DNA of 33,295 bases from an uncultured Thermotogaceae bacterium (lineage in GTDB: Bacteria; Bipolaricaulota; Bipolaricaulia; Bipolaricaulales; Bipolaricaulaceae). The DNA lies in the NCBI GenBank assembly GCA_964435345.1, contig CAYSZC010000001.1:1-33295 (forward strand), in the 5' to 3' direction. Position 1 is the first letter of the stretch, and every line of letters starts with the position of its first letter. The position numbers and the translations under genes were made by a program. Shown here one piece after another: positions 9,512 to 17,731 of the stretch. The notes under the pieces were generated by a model, which was given only the letters and a program-made list of their open reading frames with translations, ran no database searches and was not told where the DNA came from.

Positions 9512-9526
9512 TGTCCCTCCCGATCC

Positions 9527-9889
9527 CTAGACGACCTCCGGGGCGACGGAGATGATCCGCATCATCCCTCGCTCCCGCAGTTCCCGCGCCACCGGCCCGA
9601 ACACCCGGGTCCCGATCGGCTGCATGGTCTTGTCCACAAGCACCACCGCGTTATCGTCGAAGCGAATGGTGCTGCCGTCCCCGCGCCGGAATGCCACCCG
9701 CGTGCGTACGACCACGCCCCGCACGATGTCGCCTTTCACGAAGTCCGACGTCGGAATCCTCTTCTTGACCGAGGCCACGACGATGTCGCCGATCCCGGCC
9801 TGGCGCTTCTTGCCCAGCACGTTGATGCAGCCCACCTCTTTGACGCCGGTGTTGTCGGCCACCGCTAGCCGCGTCGTCGCGACGATCAT
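9527..9889 (-). CDS. rplN: 50S ribosomal protein uL14
   Basis: [29 protein letters not shown]-x-APEV. Confidence 0.97.
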   Translation of the reverse strand: MIVATTRLAVADNTGVKEVGCINVLGKKRQAGIGDIVVASVKKRIPTSDFVKGDIVRGVVVRTRVAFRRGDGSTIRFDDNAVVLVDKTMQPIGTRVFGPVARELRERGMMRIISVAPEVV

Positions 9890-10140
9890 CGCTCACCCCT
9901 CCGTGCCGGGCGCACGACCTCCAACAGCCGCCATCGCTTGAGCTTAGACAGGGGCCGCGTCTCCTCGATCCGCACCACGTCTCCGACCCGCGCTTGCCCG
10001 CCCGCATCGTGCGCGTAGTACTTGGTGCGGCGGCGGAGGCGCTTGCGGTAGAGCGGCGCCTCGATCAAGCGTTCCTCTACGACCACGATCGTCTTTGCCA
10101 TCGAGTTACTGACCACTTGGCCAACCCGCTGTCTACGCAT
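9886..10140 (-). CDS. rpsQ: 30S ribosomal protein uS17 (alternative TTG start 10155)
   Basis: G-x-VVS-xx-M-x-KT, [17 protein letters not shown]-x-KRW. Confidence 0.95.
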   Translation of the reverse strand: MRRQRVGQVVSNSMAKTIVVVEERLIEAPLYRKRLRRRTKYYAHDAGGQARVGDVVRIEETRPLSKLKRWRLLEVVRPARRGER

Positions 10141-10324
10141 GTTCTCGCTCCCCAAGCAACGTCAACGCGCGGGCAACGTCGCGTTTCGTCTTCGCGAGCT
10201 CCGCCGTGTTCGTGAGCCGTCCCGAGGCGAGCTGGAACCTCAAGGTGAGGAGTTTCTTCTTCCCCTCCCGCACCCGAGCCCGAAGCTCGTCCCCGGAAAG
10301 CTCCCGCAGTTCCCGGGCCTTCAT
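10133..10324 (-). CDS. rpmC: 50S ribosomal protein uL29
   Basis: [10 protein letters not shown]...LRFQLASG-x-L-x-N...KRDVARALT; ATG 10324 overlaps the rplP stop. Confidence 0.95.
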   Translation of the reverse strand: MKARELRELSGDELRARVREGKKKLLTLRFQLASGRLTNTAELAKTKRDVARALTLLGEREHA

Positions 10325-10749
10325 CTCTCTCCTCCCAACTGGAACCGAGCCCTGAGCTGCGTCGGTATGGGGAGCTTGCACGAGACGCGGCGGTGGATTT
10401 CCTTGGCCTCGGTCTCGGTGACCCCAGCGAACTCGAACATGACCCGTCCCGGCTTGACCACGGCGACCCAGTTCACCACCTCTCCCTTCCCTTTCCCCAG
10501 CCGCGACTCGGCCGCCTTCTTCGTGTAGGGCTTGTCGGGGAAGATCCGGACCCATACACGTCCGCGATGGGTGCCGCGGGCGAGCGCCGTGCGCACCGCC
10601 TCGATCTGCTGGCTCGTGATCCACGCCGGAGCCAAGGCCTGGATCCCGAACTCGCCGAACGCGACCGCGGCGCCCCGACTGGCCATCCCTTTCATGCGTC
10701 CCCGGTGCTGCTTGCGGTACTTCGTGCGCTTAGGAAACAGGGCGGGCAT
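10321..10749 (-). CDS. rplP: 50S ribosomal protein uL16
   Basis: [40 protein letters not shown]. Confidence 0.97.
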   Translation of the reverse strand: MPALFPKRTKYRKQHRGRMKGMASRGAAVAFGEFGIQALAPAWITSQQIEAVRTALARGTHRGRVWVRIFPDKPYTKKAAESRLGKGKGEVVNWVAVVKPGRVMFEFAGVTETEAKEIHRRVSCKLPIPTQLRARFQLGGER

Positions 10750-10750
10750 G

Positions 10751-11410
10751 CTACTTCACCTCCGACCGGGTGCGGTCGGATAGCCAGACTTCTCCCCGAA
10801 ACACCCACGCCTTGACCCCGATCACCCCGTACTTCGTCCACGCCTCGGCGAGGCCGTAGTCCACATCGGCACGCAACGTATGCAAGGGGATGCGGCCGTC
10901 CTTCATCTCCACCGACCGCGCGATGTCCGCCCCGCCGAGCCGCCCGGAGATCCGGATCTTGGCCCCCTGGGCCCCGGACGCCACGACCCGGCGGATCGTC
11001 TCCTTCATCGCCCGGTACGGGTTGGTCCTGTTCTCGATCTGGTAGGCGACATCCTGGGCCACCAGTGGGGCCTCGAACTCCGGACGCTCGACCTCCATCA
11101 CCCCGATCCGCACCTCGCGGCCCACGAGCTTGGAGAGCCTCTCCTGAAGGGCGGAGATCTCGGCGCCCCCCCGGCCGATGATGATCCCCGGTCGGGCGGC
11201 GCGGATCGTCACCGTGACCCGCCCCTCCGTCGTCCGCTCGATGAGCGTCTCGGCAAGCCCTGCCCCCTTGTAGACCTTGTGGATCTCCTCCCGGAGGTGG
11301 TAGTCCTCGGCCACGTACTCGGGGACCCGCGCGTCGGGGGCAAACCAGTTCGAGCGCCATTTCCTCAAGACCCCAATCCTGAACCCCACTGGGTGTGTCT
11401 TATGGCCCAC
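10751..11410 (-). CDS. rpsC: 30S ribosomal protein uS3
   Basis: G-x-K-x-HP-x-GFR-x-G, [32 protein letters not shown]. Confidence 0.98.
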   Translation of the reverse strand: MGHKTHPVGFRIGVLRKWRSNWFAPDARVPEYVAEDYHLREEIHKVYKGAGLAETLIERTTEGRVTVTIRAARPGIIIGRGGAEISALQERLSKLVGREVRIGVMEVERPEFEAPLVAQDVAYQIENRTNPYRAMKETIRRVVASGAQGAKIRISGRLGGADIARSVEMKDGRIPLHTLRADVDYGLAEAWTKYGVIGVKAWVFRGEVWLSDRTRSEVK

Positions 11411-11751
11411 TATTCCTCCTTCTCCGCCACGGCCACGGTGATATGGGCCATCGCCCGCCGCACGATGTCCGCGCGCCCGAACGCCCGCGGGTTCATGCGC
11501 CGGATCCGCGGTCCTTCATCCACCACGGCGCGCACCACCGCAAGCTTCTCCTCGTCCAGCTCGAAGTTGTGCTGGGCGTTGGCCACGGCCGAGTCCAGCA
11601 CCTTGCGGATGAGCCGGCTCGCCTTCTTCGGCGACAGGGCCAAGATCCGCTTCGCTTCGGCGACGGGCTTGCCCCGGATCTCGTTGATCACGAGCCGTGC
11701 CTTGAGCGGAGACACCCGCATGAAACGCGCTCTGGCTATCGCTTCCCGCAT
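11410..11751 (-). CDS. rplV: 50S ribosomal protein uL22
   Basis: SP-x-KARLV, SAVANA, VDEGP, PRAFGRA. Confidence 0.97.
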   Translation of the reverse strand: MREAIARARFMRVSPLKARLVINEIRGKPVAEAKRILALSPKKASRLIRKVLDSAVANAQHNFELDEEKLAVVRAVVDEGPRIRRMNPRAFGRADIVRRAMAHITVAVAEKEE

Positions 11752-11764
11752 CCGGCCACCTCGA

Positions 11765-12046
11765 TCACTTCGGCACCGCGGTCTTCTTCTTCACGCCGCC
11801 GTGGCCGCGGAATATCCGGGTGGGGGCGAACTCCCCGAGGCGGTGTCCGATCATGGCCTCGGTCACGCGCACCGGGAGATGGGTTCGGCCGTTGTGCACG
11901 CGAATCGTAAGCCCGACCATCTCCGGCGTGATCATGGAGCTCCGGGCCCAGGTACGGATCTCCGTGATCTCGCCGCGCTTGAGCTTGGCGATCTTCTCCA
12001 GGACGTCCGGGGCCACGTAGGGTCCTTTCTTCTTCGACCGTGCCAC
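11765..12046 (-). CDS. rpsS: 30S ribosomal protein uS19
   Basis: GTG start 12046: [28 protein letters not shown]. Confidence 0.96.
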   Translation of the reverse strand: MARSKKKGPYVAPDVLEKIAKLKRGEITEIRTWARSSMITPEMVGLTIRVHNGRTHLPVRVTEAMIGHRLGEFAPTRIFRGHGGVKKKTAVPK

Positions 12047-12047
12047 G

Positions 12048-12869
12048 TCACTTCCTCCTCTTGAGGATCTTGGCGTCGCTCGCCTTCTTCTTCCGGGTTC
12101 GCGGGCCCCGGGCGAGCTTCCCCCACGGCGTCTTGGCGTGCCGTCCTTCCCCGGTGCGACCCTCGCCGCCCCCGTGCGGATGGTCGTCGGCGCCCATGGC
12201 CACGCCACGGACGCGCGGTCGGCGACCGAGGTGCCGCACCCGGCCGGCCTTGCCGTACCGCACGTTCTTGTGGTCGGGGTTCGAGACCCGGCCGATCGTG
12301 GCCATGCAGCCCAGGGCGAACACCCGGATCTCCCCCGACGGAAGCCGGAGGATGGCCCGCTCCTCCTCCCGCCCCAAGAGCTGGGCCGCCGTGCCCGCGG
12401 CGCGCGCCATCTTCCCCCGCGATCCGGGGTGGATCTCCACGTTGTGGACGAACGTCCCGGCAGGAATGCGCCGGAGCGGCAACGCATTGCCCACCTTGGG
12501 CTCGGCGTTCTCCCCGGCCTCGACCGTGTCCCCAACCCGGAGCTCAAGCGGGGCCAGAATATAGCGCTTCTCCCCGTCCGCGTAGTGGAGGAGCGTGATC
12601 CACGACGACCGGTTCGGGTCGTACTCGACGGACGCAACCCGCGCCGGAACTCCCCATTTCTCGCGGGCAAAGTCAATCGTCCGGTAGCGGCGTTTGTGTC
12701 CGCTGCCCCGGTGCCGAGACGTGATCCGTCCCTGGTTGTTGCGCCCGACGCTCCGGGAGAGCGGAACGACGAGGCCCTTCTCCGGGTCGTCCCGCGTCAG
12801 ATCGGAGAAGTCGGGGAGCACCGCGTGGCGCTGCCCTGGCGTAACCGGCTTCAGTTTTTTTAGTCCCAT
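12048..12869 (-). CDS. rplB: 50S ribosomal protein uL2
   Basis: [46 protein letters not shown]; start placed at ATG 12869. Confidence 0.98.
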   Translation of the reverse strand: MGLKKLKPVTPGQRHAVLPDFSDLTRDDPEKGLVVPLSRSVGRNNQGRITSRHRGSGHKRRYRTIDFAREKWGVPARVASVEYDPNRSSWITLLHYADGEKRYILAPLELRVGDTVEAGENAEPKVGNALPLRRIPAGTFVHNVEIHPGSRGKMARAAGTAAQLLGREEERAILRLPSGEIRVFALGCMATIGRVSNPDHKNVRYGKAGRVRHLGRRPRVRGVAMGADDHPHGGGEGRTGEGRHAKTPWGKLARGPRTRKKKASDAKILKRRK

Positions 12870-12873
12870 CGCC

Positions 12874-13173
12874 TCACCCCACGATGTCAATCTTGTGTCC
12901 GGGGGAGAGCTTGACCACGGCCCGCTTCTCCCCGCGGGTGCGCCCGTGCCGCCGGTCCAGCCGGGTCCGCCGGGGCTTCCCTGACCGGTTCATGACCCAT
13001 ACCCGATCCACCTTGACCCCGAACAGGCCTTCCACCGCCGTTCGAATCTCGCTCTTCCCGGCATCGGGGGCCACCTCGAACGTGTACTTCCCTTCTTCCA
13101 TCCCGCGCCAGGTCTTCTCGGAGAGGATCGGGCGCAGGATGACATCCTCTAGATGGGTCTCCCGTTCAGCCAT
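12874..13173 (-). CDS. rplW: 50S ribosomal protein uL23
   Basis: P-xx-SEK, YTFEV, AVE-x-LFGVKV, KRAVVKL. Confidence 0.96.
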   Translation of the reverse strand: MAERETHLEDVILRPILSEKTWRGMEEGKYTFEVAPDAGKSEIRTAVEGLFGVKVDRVWVMNRSGKPRRTRLDRRHGRTRGEKRAVVKLSPGHKIDIVG

Positions 13174-13804
13174 GCAGTCTCCTCTCTAGTACCTGAACTG
13201 CCTGCTGGGTGAGGAGGACTCCGTCGTGACCCAGGACCTCGTAGGCAGTGAGGGCGTCGGCCCGGATGCAGGTCGTCCCCGGGACGTTGCTGAACGATTT
13301 CGCCACGGGAATGCCGTATTCTTCGGGCGCCACGACCACCAATGTTTTCTTGGGACACGAAAGGCGTGCGAGAAGGGCGATCGCGTCCTTCGCTCGCGGC
13401 TTCTCGAACCCCAGACGGTCAATAATCCAAATCATCCCGTCCTGGTGGCGGGCGGAGAGAGCCGTGGCCAACGCCTTCCGCCGCATCCGGGCGGGAAGAG
13501 ACAGATCCCACTCCCGGGGCTGGGGGCCAAACGTCACGCCGCCGTGGCGCCAGATCGGGGACCGCGTGGATCCGTGACGCGCCCGCCCGGTGTGCTTCTG
13601 AGCCCACGGCTTCTTCCCGCCGCCGGACACCTCGCCGCGGGTCTTGGTGGCCGCGGTGCCCTGGCGCCGGTTCAAGAGGTACACCCGCACCGCCCGGTGC
13701 AGAAGGTCCGCGGACACCGGAACGGCAAACACCGCCTCCGGCAGTGCAACCGCGGTCGGTTCCCCGTTCGGATCGCTGAACCGGTGAACTTGGGCGCTAG
13801 GCAT
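13166..13804 (-). CDS. rplD: 50S ribosomal protein uL4
   Basis: RQGT, KTRGEVSGGGKKPW-x-QK-x-TGRARHGS-x-RSP-x-W, FGPQPR. Confidence 0.97.
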   Translation of the reverse strand: MPSAQVHRFSDPNGEPTAVALPEAVFAVPVSADLLHRAVRVYLLNRRQGTAATKTRGEVSGGGKKPWAQKHTGRARHGSTRSPIWRHGGVTFGPQPREWDLSLPARMRRKALATALSARHQDGMIWIIDRLGFEKPRAKDAIALLARLSCPKKTLVVVAPEEYGIPVAKSFSNVPGTTCIRADALTAYEVLGHDGVLLTQQAVQVLERRLHG

Positions 13805-14417
13805 CGTGCTTCCTTATCCTGAGCGTACCCGACCGCGGTCCTGGAACGGAGCCTTGCACCACGAGGAGCTTTCGGTTCGGATCCACCGCAAGCACGACCA
13901 GGTTTCGCACCGTGATTCGGTCAGCGCCGCAGTGCCCGGGGAAGCGCTTCCCCTTCACTACCTTGCCAACCCCTCGGCCCGCCGAGCCCGGACGCCGAAC
14001 CCACTTGTGACCATGGGACTTGGGACGGGAGTGGAACCCCCAGCGCTTGATCGTGCCCTGAAACCCGCGGCCCTTGGAAGTCCCGGTCACGTCCACCTTC
14101 TCCCCGGCCGAAATCGCCTCAATCCCCAGTTCCTTCCCGATGGCAAAGTCACCTGGATCCGCTACCCGCACCTCGTAGAGGTGTTTTCGGGGGGAGACGC
14201 CGATCTTGCGGAACCGTCCCCGGATGGGCCGTTTGACCTTCCGCTCGGCGACCTCGCCCGCCCCGAACTGGACCGCCGCGTACCCGTGACGCTCGGGAGT
14301 CTTGACCTCGACCACCACGGCCGGCGCCACCAGGATCACGGTGGCCGCCACGGCCCGCCCCTCCCCGTCGAACCACTGGGTCATCCCCACCTTGCTCCCG
14401 ATCAGTTCGAGTGCCAT
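13797..14417 (-). CDS. rplC: 50S ribosomal protein uL3 (alternative GTG start 14429)
   Basis: KVGMTQ, GYAAVQ, VDVTGTSKGRGFQG-xx-KR, GSVPG. Confidence 0.96.
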   Translation of the reverse strand: MALELIGSKVGMTQWFDGEGRAVAATVILVAPAVVVEVKTPERHGYAAVQFGAGEVAERKVKRPIRGRFRKIGVSPRKHLYEVRVADPGDFAIGKELGIEAISAGEKVDVTGTSKGRGFQGTIKRWGFHSRPKSHGHKWVRRPGSAGRGVGKVVKGKRFPGHCGADRITVRNLVVLAVDPNRKLLVVQGSVPGPRSGTLRIRKHDA

Positions 14418-14425
14418 CTCGTTCC

Positions 14426-14734
14426 TCACAGTTTGATCTCGATGTCGATCCCGGTCGGGAGCTCCACTTCCATGAGCGCGTTGATCGTGGCCGTGGTGGG
14501 CTCCTTGATGTCGATCAGCCGGCGGTGGACCTTGCGCTCGAAGTGCTCCATGGACCGCTTGTCCACGTGCGGCGAGCGCAGAACCGCGTACAGACGCCGC
14601 TCGGTGGGCAAGGGGATCGGGCCGCTCACCTGGGCTCGGCTCGCCATCGCCGTGTCCACGATCTTCCGCACGGCGGCGTCCACGAGCTCGTGGTCGTAGC
14701 TCTGCACCTTGATCCTGATTTTCTCCCTAGCCAT
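14426..14734 (-). CDS. rpsJ: 30S ribosomal protein uS10
   Basis: KIRIK, GPIPLPT, RSPHVDK-x-S-x-E-x-FE, HRRLIDI. Confidence 0.98.
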   Translation of the reverse strand: MAREKIRIKVQSYDHELVDAAVRKIVDTAMASRAQVSGPIPLPTERRLYAVLRSPHVDKRSMEHFERKVHRRLIDIKEPTTATINALMEVELPTGIDIEIKL

Positions 14735-16808
14735 CGTACCCTCGACTCCTCAACACCTCACGGGCGATTCCCTCCGGCACCACGTCGTAACGGGTCACCC
14801 GAAGGGTATGAACCGCACGCCCTTGCGTCAGGGACCTCACTTGGGTGGCATACCCGAAGGTCTCTCCCAGCGGGATGGCACAGCGAATCGTATCTACCAC
14901 CCCACGGGTTTGGATAGACTGGACCTCGCCTCTGCGGCGCCCCAGATCCGAAACCACCTCGCCGAGATACTCGGTCGGCGTGATTATATCGCCCTCGGCG
15001 ACGGGTTCCAGGAGGAACACTCCCCCCTCTTCGAGCGCCCGCCGCAGGGCTTGAGTCCCACACGCTTCAAACGCCACGTCCGAGGAATCCACGGGGTGAA
15101 ATCTCCCCCCGCGCAGCACGGCCCGCAGGTCGGTTACCGGAAACCCACCGACCGGGCTCGCCCCCAGTCCCCCCTCGATCCCCCGCCGGGTCGCCTCCAC
15201 AAACTCCCGCGGCAGCACCGCCTCCGGAACGGAAGAACGGAACTCGAACCCCGCCCCCCGCGGAAGCGGTTCGAACCGCACCTGAACCTTGGCGTACTGC
15301 CCACGTCCCGCCAGCATCTGTTCCCACTCCTCGGCGATGTCCACGGGACGTGCCAACGTCTCCCGATGAGCCACGATCGGCTTCCCCACACGATGGGGCA
15401 CGCCCCACTCCTCCCGCACCCGCCGCAGCTGGACCTCGAGCTGGAGCTCGCCCATTCCCCCGACCAAGACCTGCCCGGTCGCCTCGTCGTCACGAACCTG
15501 GAACGTCGGATCCTCTTGGGAGATCCGGTCCAGGGCCTCCCGCAGCGCCCCTTCCTCCCGCTCGGACCGCGGCTCCACGGCGAAGAACACCACCGGGTCC
15601 GGGAACGCGATGCGTTCGAGCACGAGAGGATGTTCGGGATCGGAGAGCGTCTCCCCGGTGAACACGGGCCCGGACGCGATGAGCCCTACGATGTCTCCCG
15701 CCTCGACCGCGTCCAGCCGCTCCCGCCGGTTGGCGTGCAACCGAAACAGGCGCACCAGACGCACCCGCTGGCCCGTCGTGGCGTTCCACACCACCTCTCC
15801 CTCCGCCACCGTCCCGGAGTACACGCGCGTGTAGAGGAGCCGTTCGGCATACGGATCGCTCGCTACCTTGAACACGAGGGCTGCGAACGGCTCGTCCGCC
15901 GAGGCGCGCCGAGTCTCCCGGTTCCCATCCGGGGAGAATCCGTGAACAGGCGGGACCTCGACTGGGGAGGGGAGGAAGTCCACCACCGCGTCCAACACCG
16001 GTTGAACCCCGATGTTCCCGAACGCCGCCCCTCCCAGAACCGGCACCCAGAGCCTCTCGATCGTCGCCGTCCGGATCGCCGCGAGCGCGTCGGGAAGCGG
16101 CACGTCTTCATCGGCCAGGTACCGCTCCGCCACGACATCCGATACCTCGGCGAGCTTCTCCAGAAGGCGCTCTCGCCACTGCTCCGCTTCGCCCGCGATC
16201 TCCGCGGGAACCGGAAGAACCTCGACTCTCCGCCCGAGATCCTCGGGATCCCACCGCAGGGCCGACCACCGCACGAGGTCCACCATCCCGAGAAGCTTGC
16301 CCTCGCGATCGCGCCAGGGAACGGCGAGCGGAAGCACGGTGGCTCCGAGTTTCTCCACCATGTCCTGCACGGCCCGTGGGAAGTCCGACTCCACCCGATC
16401 CAGCTTGTTCACGAACGCGAGCCGCGGGACCCGGTACCGATCGGCCTGGCGCCACACCGCCTCGGACTGGGACTCCACGCCCTCGACCCCGGAAAAGAGG
16501 ACCACCGCCCCGTCGAGCACCCTCAGGCTTCGCTCCACCTCGACGGTGAAGTCCACATGCCCCGGGGTGTCAATGATGTGAATCGGGTGGCTTCGCCAGT
16601 CCACGGTGGTCGCCGCGGCCGTGATGGTGATGCCCCGTTCCCTTTCCTGGTCCATCCAGTCCATCTCGGTCGTGCCCTCGTGAACCTCGCCCATGCGGTG
16701 GATCCGCCCGGCGTAGTAGAGGATGCGCTCGGTGAGCGTGGTCTTGCCGGCATCAATATGGGCGATCACGCCGATGTTGCGGATCCTGCGAACGTCATGC
16801 GCCGACAT
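14727..16808 (-). CDS. fusA: Elongation factor G (divergent str-operon copy)
   Basis: AHIDAGKTT, ERGITI, DTPGHVDF, NKLD, EDPTF, H-x-VDSS, LLEP, FGYAT-xx-RS-x-TQGR. Confidence 0.95.
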   Translation of the reverse strand: MSAHDVRRIRNIGVIAHIDAGKTTLTERILYYAGRIHRMGEVHEGTTEMDWMDQERERGITITAAATTVDWRSHPIHIIDTPGHVDFTVEVERSLRVLDGAVVLFSGVEGVESQSEAVWRQADRYRVPRLAFVNKLDRVESDFPRAVQDMVEKLGATVLPLAVPWRDREGKLLGMVDLVRWSALRWDPEDLGRRVEVLPVPAEIAGEAEQWRERLLEKLAEVSDVVAERYLADEDVPLPDALAAIRTATIERLWVPVLGGAAFGNIGVQPVLDAVVDFLPSPVEVPPVHGFSPDGNRETRRASADEPFAALVFKVASDPYAERLLYTRVYSGTVAEGEVVWNATTGQRVRLVRLFRLHANRRERLDAVEAGDIVGLIASGPVFTGETLSDPEHPLVLERIAFPDPVVFFAVEPRSEREEGALREALDRISQEDPTFQVRDDEATGQVLVGGMGELQLEVQLRRVREEWGVPHRVGKPIVAHRETLARPVDIAEEWEQMLAGRGQYAKVQVRFEPLPRGAGFEFRSSVPEAVLPREFVEATRRGIEGGLGASPVGGFPVTDLRAVLRGGRFHPVDSSDVAFEACGTQALRRALEEGGVFLLEPVAEGDIITPTEYLGEVVSDLGRRRGEVQSIQTRGVVDTIRCAIPLGETFGYATQVRSLTQGRAVHTLRVTRYDVVPEGIAREVLRSRGYDG

Positions 16809-16835
16809 CGGCGGGCTCTCGTGGGTGCCGGGAAG

Positions 16836-17309
16836 CTACCAGCGGTAGTGGGCGAACGCGCGGTTCGCCTCTGCCATCCGGTGGGCTTCCTGCCTCTTCT
16901 GGTAGCCCCCACCCTCGCCGCGGGCCGCGGCGGAGATCTCGCCCGCCAACCGCTCGGGCATCGTCCGCTCGGAGCGGGCCCGGGAGGCCTGGACCATCCA
17001 CCGCAGGGCGAGCATGGTCTGGCGGTGGCCGGGAACCTCGAACGGCACCTGATACGCCGCGCCCCCCACCCGGCGCGAGCGGACCTCGATCTTGGGCATG
17101 CAGTTCTGCACAGCCTTCAGAAACGTGTCCAGCGCGGGCCCCTCGCCCCGTCGCTCGAGAAGATCGAACGCCTCGTACACGGCACGCCGGGCAACCGATT
17201 TCTTCCCGTCCCACATCACATAGTTGACGAGCTTCTCCACGAGCTTGGAGCCGTGGCGGACATCCGCGGGGGCGTCCCGACCGGGAATGACGACATCGAA
17301 TGTGGGCAC
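16836..17309 (-). CDS. rpsG: 30S ribosomal protein uS7
   Basis: M-x-DGKKS-x-A, EVRSRRVGGA-x-YQVP, HRMAEANRAFAHYRW. Confidence 0.97.
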   Translation of the reverse strand: MPTFDVVIPGRDAPADVRHGSKLVEKLVNYVMWDGKKSVARRAVYEAFDLLERRGEGPALDTFLKAVQNCMPKIEVRSRRVGGAAYQVPFEVPGHRQTMLALRWMVQASRARSERTMPERLAGEISAAARGEGGGYQKRQEAHRMAEANRAFAHYRW

Positions 17310-17310
17310 G

Positions 17311-17688
17311 CTAACCCTCCTTGGGACGGCGCACGCCGTACCGGGACCGCCCCTGACGGCGTCCCTCCACCCCGGCGGCGTCGAGCGCTCCCCGGATGAT
17401 GTGGTACTTCACCCCAGGGAGGTCCTTGACCCGTCCGCCCCGCACGAGCACGATCGAGTGCTCTTGAAGGTTGTGCCCCTCGCCCGGGATGTAGGCCGTC
17501 ACCTCACGACCGTTGGAGAGACGCACCCGAGCCACCTTGCGGAGCGCGGAGTTCGGCTTTTTCGGGGTCCGGGTGAACACGCGCAGGCACACCCCCCGGC
17601 GCTGTGGGCAACTGGCGAGAGCGACGGACTTGCTTTTCGACCGCTGCGGTTTCCGTCCATGACGCGCAAGCTGATTAAACGTTGGCAT
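17311..17688 (-). CDS. rpsL: 30S ribosomal protein uS12
   Basis: [36 protein letters not shown]; SD GGAGG. Confidence 0.99.
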   Translation of the reverse strand: MPTFNQLARHGRKPQRSKSKSVALASCPQRRGVCLRVFTRTPKKPNSALRKVARVRLSNGREVTAYIPGEGHNLQEHSIVLVRGGRVKDLPGVKYHIIRGALDAAGVEGRRQGRSRYGVRRPKEG

Positions 17689-17702
17689 GTTTCCTCCCTG
17701 GC

Positions 17703-17731
17703 ATTCTAGATTCCTCGACCCGCGGTTTCAA
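17703..17731 (-). promoter_or_regulatory. Putative sigma70 promoter of the rpsL superoperon
   Basis: TTGAAA (17731-17726), 17-nt spacer, TAGAAT (17708-17703); the -35 overlaps the rpoC stop codon. Confidence 0.65.

Noticed and set aside
3467-12676. Long N-terminal extensions of map, rplF, rpsN, rpmC and rpsS in the ORF track
   Set aside because: They overlap upstream genes in other frames; canonical starts with coupling or SD sequences exist
14709-17399. 896-aa plus-strand ORF antisense to fusA/rpsG
   Set aside because: Shadow ORF caused by GC-rich codon usage; no recognisable motifs, and the opposite strand holds conserved genes
17311-17688. Streptomycin-resistance allele of rpsL
   Set aside because: TPKKPNSA and RVKDLPG retain the wild-type lysines
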